A stretch of DNA of 46,512 nt from a virus (lineage: Duplodnaviria; Caudoviricetes), in IMG/VR virus record IMGVR_UViG_3300020045_004406, positions 1 through 46,512 of that record; one strand, given 5' to 3'. Positions 44,223 through 46,512 of the stretch are shown here, in pieces; position 1 is the first letter of the stretch; every line of letters starts with the position of its first letter. The translations under genes and the position numbers were made by a program. Under the pieces are notes generated by a model, which worked only from the letters and a program-made list of their open reading frames with translations, had not been told where the DNA came from and did no database searches.

Positions 44223-44559
44223 AACTAACTATCCCCTGGATAACTTTCAGCGGTATCTCAACCGGGTAATTATCTACCAGTTTTAACCACAAATCTGACT
44301 GCTCGCCATACCGGTGGATAAACTCATATTTATCACTGTGGAATAGCTTGTGCTCATCTGGCGTTAGCGGGATAACAAACCAATGGCCGATATGCACGCG
44401 CTCGTTGTTAACATAGGTTTTTCTTGATGATCCGACACAATGATGAACCTCTACGCCATAAGCGCCGGAAACGATGCTAGGCTGCTCTTTGCACCATGCC
44501 ATGAATTCTTTTTCATCAGCGTGAGCGCCACGGCTTTGCGGTGTTGATTTACGCCTCAT
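44212..44559 (-). CDS. Ref/DUF968-like protein, second allele
   Basis: Same length as 584-931 from MRRKS. Confidence 0.55.
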   Translation of the reverse strand: MRRKSTPQSRGAHADEKEFMAWCKEQPSIVSGAYGVEVHHCVGSSRKTYVNNERVHIGHWFVIPLTPDEHKLFHSDKYEFIHRYGEQSDLWLKLVDNYPVEIPLKVIQGIVSYGR

Positions 44560-44662
44560 TGATAAACTCCATAGTAACGCAATCAAAAACCCAAATCTTT
44601 CCACCTGTGCACGTATCGCGAAGCATAGCAATTTGAACGGCTTTCTTTACACTTGCGCCCAT
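44549..44662 (-). pseudogene. C-terminal fragment of an HslV/proteasome-like Ntn-hydrolase phage protein
   Basis: MGASVKKAVQIAMLRDTCTGGKI matches the G....AV..A...D..TGG C-terminal pattern; 5' part replaced by foreign DNA. Confidence 0.5.
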
Positions 44663-45425
44663 AACCAAGCGCAAGGCCCTTCTTCTCAAGGATGTCGACC
44701 ACGACGTCATCCATGGCAAGGCGCTCACCCTTCTTGCGGTTGACGCCGCCCTCGCCGACCACGCCCGTCCCAAAGCGCTCCACCAGCGCCGCCCATACCC
44801 GTTCGAAGTCGTCTAGGGCGACTTCGGGGAAGTCCGCCTGCCCGTACCAGTCCCATAGGTAGCGCACGCCCGAGGTGTGGGTCCCTGCAGCGATGAATTG
44901 TTGGCCGTTGCCGAGGAACTCGACCATCGCCTTGCGGGGTTCGCCCTTGTCGTCCACCCCGCCATCGACAGGGAGCATGCGCTTGGGTAGCTCACCGGCC
45001 ACACGGAAGGCCAAGAGGCACTTACCCGAGTTGGCGCGGTAGCGCTTGGGGGGAAGGAGTAGTTCGTCCGCCAAGAAGTCGGCAATGGCCTGGGCCTTCT
45101 CGCGGTCGTCGACGTCGATGTCGAAGGCCCGGACGTTGCGGGTTTGCAGGCAGATACCGTAGTCAGGGTTCTTCGACCAATCGCCCACCTGTTTGGCCGT
45201 GACCTGTTTATCGGTCCAGCCGGGCAGCCCCGCGACGTGGCCCATGCCATTATAATGTGAGGGTGTCTTGCCAATGCCGGCGATTTTGCTGTGGGGCGAT
45301 ACCGTCGCCTGCGGATTGCTCACCACGGGGAGGAGGTCGGCCACCAGTCCCATGCGTGTGAACAAGTCCCACTCGTCAGTCGTCGCGCCCCAGCGTGGGC
45401 CGACGCCAGTATCTTTCTTCGCCAT
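44583..45425 (-). CDS. Prim-pol (AEP primase-polymerase) N-terminal domain, truncated at the junction
   Basis: GKTP, FDIDVDD, VEFLGNGQQFIAAGTH.SG.RY.W; GC-rich; the last ~23 aa come from the AT-richer DNA. Confidence 0.75.
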   Translation of the reverse strand: MAKKDTGVGPRWGATTDEWDLFTRMGLVADLLPVVSNPQATVSPHSKIAGIGKTPSHYNGMGHVAGLPGWTDKQVTAKQVGDWSKNPDYGICLQTRNVRAFDIDVDDREKAQAIADFLADELLLPPKRYRANSGKCLLAFRVAGELPKRMLPVDGGVDDKGEPRKAMVEFLGNGQQFIAAGTHTSGVRYLWDWYGQADFPEVALDDFERVWAALVERFGTGVVGEGGVNRKKGERLAMDDVVVDILEKKGLALGYGRKCKESRSNCYASRYVHRWKDLGF

Positions 45426-45470
45426 CTGTATTTTCTTTCTTCAGGGGGTTTTGTGGGAAGTCAAAATCGT

Positions 45471-45686
45471 TTAGGGCACCATGCGCAAAGTCGGGAGGCG
45501 TCCCTTGCTGGCCTTGCCAAGGGGCTTCGCCGCCGCCTCAAGCCGCTCGGCAAGTTTCAGGCTGGCGTTGCGGTGGCCCGAGGCCAGTTGGTAGAGGTAA
45601 CGGCGCGAGGTCTCCGCCCCTTTGGCAAGGAGCTCTTGCTCAAGGGGGGTCGCCGCCGCCATCCATTTGTTAAGGTTGGTCATCAC
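45471..45686 (-). CDS. Cro-like HTH protein
   Basis: LAKGAETSRRYLYQLASGHRNAS..LA..LE; upstream of prim-pol. Confidence 0.75.
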   Translation of the reverse strand: MMTNLNKWMAAATPLEQELLAKGAETSRRYLYQLASGHRNASLKLAERLEAAAKPLGKASKGRLPTLRMVP

Positions 45687-45690
45687 TTAC

Positions 45691-46149
45691 CTACCGTAAC
45701 TTCAACAGTTGGGTGTGGGTCATCACAAGGACCGGCGTACCTATGTTGAGAGGAGTTGTCGGGATCATGCCGGCGCGCAGGTAGGGGGCGAGGGAGGCGC
45801 GGGCCACCTGCGTCCATATGCAGGCGATGTCGGGGTTGGCGAGGTGCGCCCACATCAGTGCGCGGCGCAGCTTGACCGGTTGCATGGCGTCCTCGGACAT
45901 GGCTTGAAGGTATACGATACCATGCTCCTCCTTGGAGAAGAGGAACACGTCGGTCACGCGCTTGGCGTCGCCGTCTTCGTTGACGTAGCCGACGATCTGC
46001 AGCTTTTCGAAGGTCGCTTTGCATTGGGCGTAGCTGTCAGGGATGCCCGTCACCTTGGCTTTGACGAGGAGGTCGTAGACCGCAGGCCACCAGTTCTCTT
46101 GAAGGCGCTCGGGCATCAGGACGATATTGAGGGAAGCGTGTTTGGTCAC
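45691..46149 (-). CDS. Hypothetical protein (GC-rich segment)
   Basis: Tiles with 46146-46463; GC3-rich codons. Confidence 0.55.
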   Translation of the reverse strand: MTKHASLNIVLMPERLQENWWPAVYDLLVKAKVTGIPDSYAQCKATFEKLQIVGYVNEDGDAKRVTDVFLFSKEEHGIVYLQAMSEDAMQPVKLRRALMWAHLANPDIACIWTQVARASLAPYLRAGMIPTTPLNIGTPVLVMTHTQLLKLR

Positions 46150-46463
46150 AGGGTGGTGCTTTCTGTTGAATTGAGAAGGAGGGGCTTGTGGAAGCCGACT
46201 TCGGTCGTGATAAGGACGGCTTCCATGGGCAGCTTATCGGTGTATTCGACTTTGTTCTGTTGGAGTTTCATGGCGACTTTTGTCTTGGCCGCTTCAGCGG
46301 TGTGGGCAAATGCCCTGCGCGTCTTCGGCACGAATTTGCCACCCGAAGCTGTCGTGTAATAGACGACGAGCCACCAGCGTGGACCTTCCCGGGTGATGTC
46401 CTGTTGTCCTTCGGCGCGCTCACCTGTGATGGCGCGGCGCAGGGCCCCGGATTGAATGACCAC
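46146..46463 (-). CDS. Hypothetical protein (GC-rich segment)
   Basis: GTGA overlap with the downstream ORF. Confidence 0.5.
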   Translation of the reverse strand: MVIQSGALRRAITGERAEGQQDITREGPRWWLVVYYTTASGGKFVPKTRRAFAHTAEAAKTKVAMKLQQNKVEYTDKLPMEAVLITTEVGFHKPLLLNSTESTTL

Positions 46464-46512
46464 GGCACCGAAGACGTTGTGGCGGGGGAGGCCGACGATA
46501 AGCTTGAGAAGG

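Larger units (their letters stand above)
43631..44559. repeat. Direct repeat copy 2 of 1-931 (diverged)
   Basis: Visual alignment; RecU-like proteins differ at only two residues while many third codon positions differ. Confidence 0.95.

Noticed and set aside
44813-46468. Multiple long overlapping ORFs in the right-end segment as dual coding
   Set aside because: Expected stop-poor alternative frames of GC-rich DNA; Arg/Pro/Ala-rich translations without motifs.

Overview
Most of the window (1 to ~44,660) is one circularly permuted unit of a short-tailed, P22-like-tail dsDNA phage. The unit length is 43,628 bp, taken from the offset between the two copies of the end genes. An endolysin with embedded Rz/Rz1 spanins implies a Gram-negative host. 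The leftward early arm carries a RecU-like resolvase, Ref/DUF968-like and NinB-like genes, two DNA methyltransferases, a pentapeptide-repeat protein and an SF2 helicase. A rightward arm carries SSAP, Gp157 and SSB, and a long leftward late operon runs terS, terL, portal, GroES, scaffold, capsid, adaptor, hub, ejection proteins, tailspike and lysis genes. A tRNA-Pro sits in a cluster of structured non-coding elements. I recognised no integrase, CI repressor, DNA polymerase, primase or replication initiator in the unit. The first ~930 nt recur at 43,631-44,559 as a diverged copy, and from ~44,660 the sequence switches abruptly to a GC-rich prim-pol/Cro module of another phage, so the right end is probably chimeric. 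The best leads are: (1) a ~520-nt promoter-driven, structured non-coding region in front of the helicase, where an initiator or primase would be expected; (2) an Acr/Aca-like cassette of twin operator-bearing promoters, small orphan ORFs and an unannotated HTH gene; (3) a cytosine methyltransferase encoded in two overlapping frames from one RBS; (4) a T-loop RNA closed by a perfect 17-bp inverted repeat; (5) an RBS-to-RBS hairpin between divergent genes; and (6) a half-barrel PagL-like exported protein. All protein calls come from motif recognition by eye; no database search was run.
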